Part shown: positions 61,001 to 64,000 of the stretch, piece by piece
How the letters are laid out: each line of letters begins with the position of its first letter
How positions within the stretch are numbered: the first letter of the stretch is position 1
Assembly (NCBI GenBank): GCA_965202585.1
Contig: OZ241830.1
Span: 15,810,001-15,874,000 of the forward strand
DNA from: Thalia democratica
Taxonomy: Eukaryota
Reading direction: 5' to 3'
DNA length: 64,000 nt
Program-made: the position numbers and the translations under genes
Notes under the pieces: model-generated
What the model was told of the DNA's origin: nothing
The model's database searches: none
What the model saw: the letters and a program-made list of their open reading frames with translations, nothing else

Positions 61001-64000
61001 AGTATTCTTAAATTCAAAATAGTTAACGTTTAATAAAGCTACGACTATTTACGCAAACGGAAAATAAAAATTATAATTTTTTTATAAATTACTGTATAAT
61101 TTCCGACACAGTTACATTCTTGCAATTAGATGCGACAGTTTTTATAACAATAATTCTATTTACTAGTTTGAACAACAATAATTTGTGTTATTGAAGTAAG
61201 TGTCAGCTAACTTGATTACATATTTGAGTTGCAAAAATAAATATTCAGTATAACAAAAGATAACAAAAAATATATTTAAGTAAAATTGAGGATTGCAAAT
61301 TTAAAGTAGCAGATATTTTAAAAAAACTGTTAAGACGTAATTAGTAAATGTGCGACGCAAATTGAAATATCAAAGTTAAAAATAGTTAAATGTTAAAAAC
61401 ATTTTTTAGTAAATATTAACCTTGCTTTGATATCTTTATATGCTAATAATCTTTATATGATAAATACGTATATAAAGTAAAACAAGGTTCTATGTAAAAT
61501 TTTAATAATATTAATGCTATACACAACAATTGCATAGCTAAAACCTTTTACTTAAAGTATTCAATTAAATTTGGTTGTTTAATCTAACCAAACAAAATTC
61601 TAAATATTTATGTTTTAATATACAAAAGAGTCAACTTGAATTAGGTCAACTTAACGGCAACAAATTATAGTTATTAGATTAACTTAAACAAAAAATATCT
61701 AATATAACGTTTATGTGCGATCTCTTTAACCATAACAACAATATTCAAATACTCCAAAACCACAACAATAAGCAAATTATTATTTTTTAATTTAGAGTTT
61801 AATTTTTTTTTTAAGTCACCGTATGACATAACAGAATCATTTTCGCTAAATTTCGCTTCTAATTGAAATATATATTTAAAGTCATTTTCTTAATAATTGT
61901 TTAACGTAGTTTTCAATACTGTTGAAAAACTTTTTAAGTCATTAAATTTGACTATAAATTTATACTTATTAAAAGCTTTTAAACTGTTAGTCAGGAATAC
62001 AATTGTAGTATATTTTTAAAATTTAAATATTTTGTAATTTAAAACATTTGTTTTTTAAATTTAAACATTTAGTTTTTTTTAAATTTAAAATTACTTTTAG
62101 CAACGAATATTTTAACTTGTAATTTTCTTGCAAAAATCTTTGATAAAACAACTGAGTTTTTTTAAACATTTATCTTTTACTGACAAAAAAAAAAGTTAAA
62201 TGCATTTATTAATTTAAGAAAATTGATTAATAAAATATAAAACTACAGTTAAAAAGTAATTAATGGATCAAAATTTTAGTGAAAACTGTAAAAAATTAGA
62301 ATTATAACTTCGAAGCAATAACAACTAAAAAAGAAGCTACGATTGTTCGAAAACATCAAATTAAAATTAGAGTGTTTTATAAACGACCTTTAAATTAATA
62401 TTAAAAAAACTAAAGTGAGTTTTATCAGGTTTCGTCACTTACAACAAATGTTATTAAATTTTTAAAATAAGAAAATTTTTTATGGAATTTATTGTGTTAG
62501 CTAAACAAATTTAGTTTCTTTGAACATTTATTATGCCAACTTAAACATGAGGAACAAAATGCGACAAAATTGCAGAAGTACGAACGCATTTAATTTAAGT
62601 TAAAAAATAGTGTAGTCCAAAATAACCAAACTTTAAATTATTATATTTGTTTAATACTTTTTATTAAAAAAAGAAAATAATTTAATTTCTAGTGATTTTA
62701 TGAATTTTAACTTTTAAACTTCAACTTTAAATTTGATTACAGTAAGAATCATATTAGTAAACTCTCAACAACAAATAGTTATTTTTAAGTAAATTACTAA
62801 ATTTTTTTGGTAGTTTTAGCTAATTTGGGGTATCTTTTTATCAAAAATTACAAAGATTAATGTTATAAGAATTTAAAATTTGAGTTATCTAACAACAATT
62901 ACGATTATTTTAGTAAGATTAAACCAAAAAGCTAAAGTTTCTTTTAATCACTGCGTGACGTCATGTAAACTATTCTCGCAAAAATGTTCTACTAGTTTAT
63001 ACATAAACAATAAATAATAATAAACCAGTTTTGTTATTTAAATTACCGTTCGTCTTTGACGAAAACTTTTAAAGTCACTCAAAGTGTCTTAAAATTAAAC
63101 TGTTACTCTACCTATAAAGTGTGTTTGTACTTTTAAGGTGTATTTGAAATATGCTGACGAAGTTTCGATGTTTTCGTTTTAAAAACCTGTTTAGTTCATT
63201 TCGATTTTAGTTACTTATACATAGATATTATTTTAATTAAATATTTACAAAGTAGTTTAATAATTTGCAAAGTTATATGTTTCAAAATTTTACGATGCAT
63301 TCAGGGACGTAGCTTGGTACGGTTCTGCAAATCTGCCAAAAAAAAAAAGAATCAGCTTTTTATTCAAAAATAAATATGCCTTTCTTTCTTAGCTTTTAGT
63401 ACTCATTCGTACTTAGTTACGCACTCCAGAGAGATACTTTTCAAAAAAATGTATTCTTTAGCACTTTTAGTATCGAAAATTAAACTAATTAAATACATTC
63501 AACTTATATAAATTTAGCTCATTTAGATTTCGTTATCAAAAAGCTATGCATTTCAAAAGTGATTCTAATAAAATGTGTAGCTTTTTATTCAAAAGTAAAA
63601 TAATACAATTTTATGTTAAAAATTTTGAGTAGTTTAATATTGTTTCTATTAACTATTTTAAATGCAGGATTTAAAAAATTACTACAAAAATTCCAAAAGT
63701 TGTACAGTTAATTATGTTTATGATTTTTGTGTTACGATGTAATTTTCTTATTCTTATTTCAAGTTCAAAGTTACACATGAAACTTGTTGCATTTAGATAG
63801 TCGCATATCACGAAATCATCAGGGAGTTAATTGAATCCAGGGACGTAGCTCGTTCGAAAAAGTTACGAATCAACAAAAAATTCAAACACCTGAAATGACG
63901 CGTGATAACGTCCTAGCGGGAACAAGCGAATTAAACTACCTCTAGTGTTATTTAATTTTATATAAAAAATGCAGTTATGCAAATAATCAAAAAAAAAATT

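Noticed and set aside
63302-63850. Transposon defined by CAGGGACGTAGCT at 63302 and 63838
   Set aside because: Both copies are in the same orientation, with no inverted partner or TSD in the window; at most these are hAT-like end fragments.

Overview
This is an AT-rich animal genomic window with short GC-richer exons. It is probably an invertebrate chordate such as an ascidian, inferred from the gene content, the abundant TGACGTCA motifs and the splice acceptors just upstream of start codons. Five spliced genes were rebuilt by hand with consistent GT-AG phases. (1) A 17-exon minus-strand gene of about 810 aa: signal peptide, ShK, EGF, EGF-like, trypsin-fold domain, 6 TSP1, 2 ShK. Its catalytic Ser motif reads GEQGG instead of GDSGG, so it is a pseudoprotease. 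(2) A 127-aa two-exon gene I do not recognise, nested antisense in the largest intron of gene 1. (3) A two-exon class A GPCR with a signal peptide and a long Cys-containing N-terminus. (4, 5) Two gremlin (DAN family) genes lying head-to-head on the arms of a roughly 26 kb inverted duplication. The arms share collinear conserved non-coding blocks rich in GGCGCC hexamers (Smad1/5- or E2F-type) and RFX X-boxes. The intron of the left gremlin copy holds two tandem foldback elements carrying four minimal type I hammerhead ribozyme cores, with covarying stem II. hAT- and Mutator-type MITEs with target site duplications, a tRNA-derived SINE remnant and several local tandem duplications are also present. 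All coordinates were read by hand. No database search or alignment program was run.
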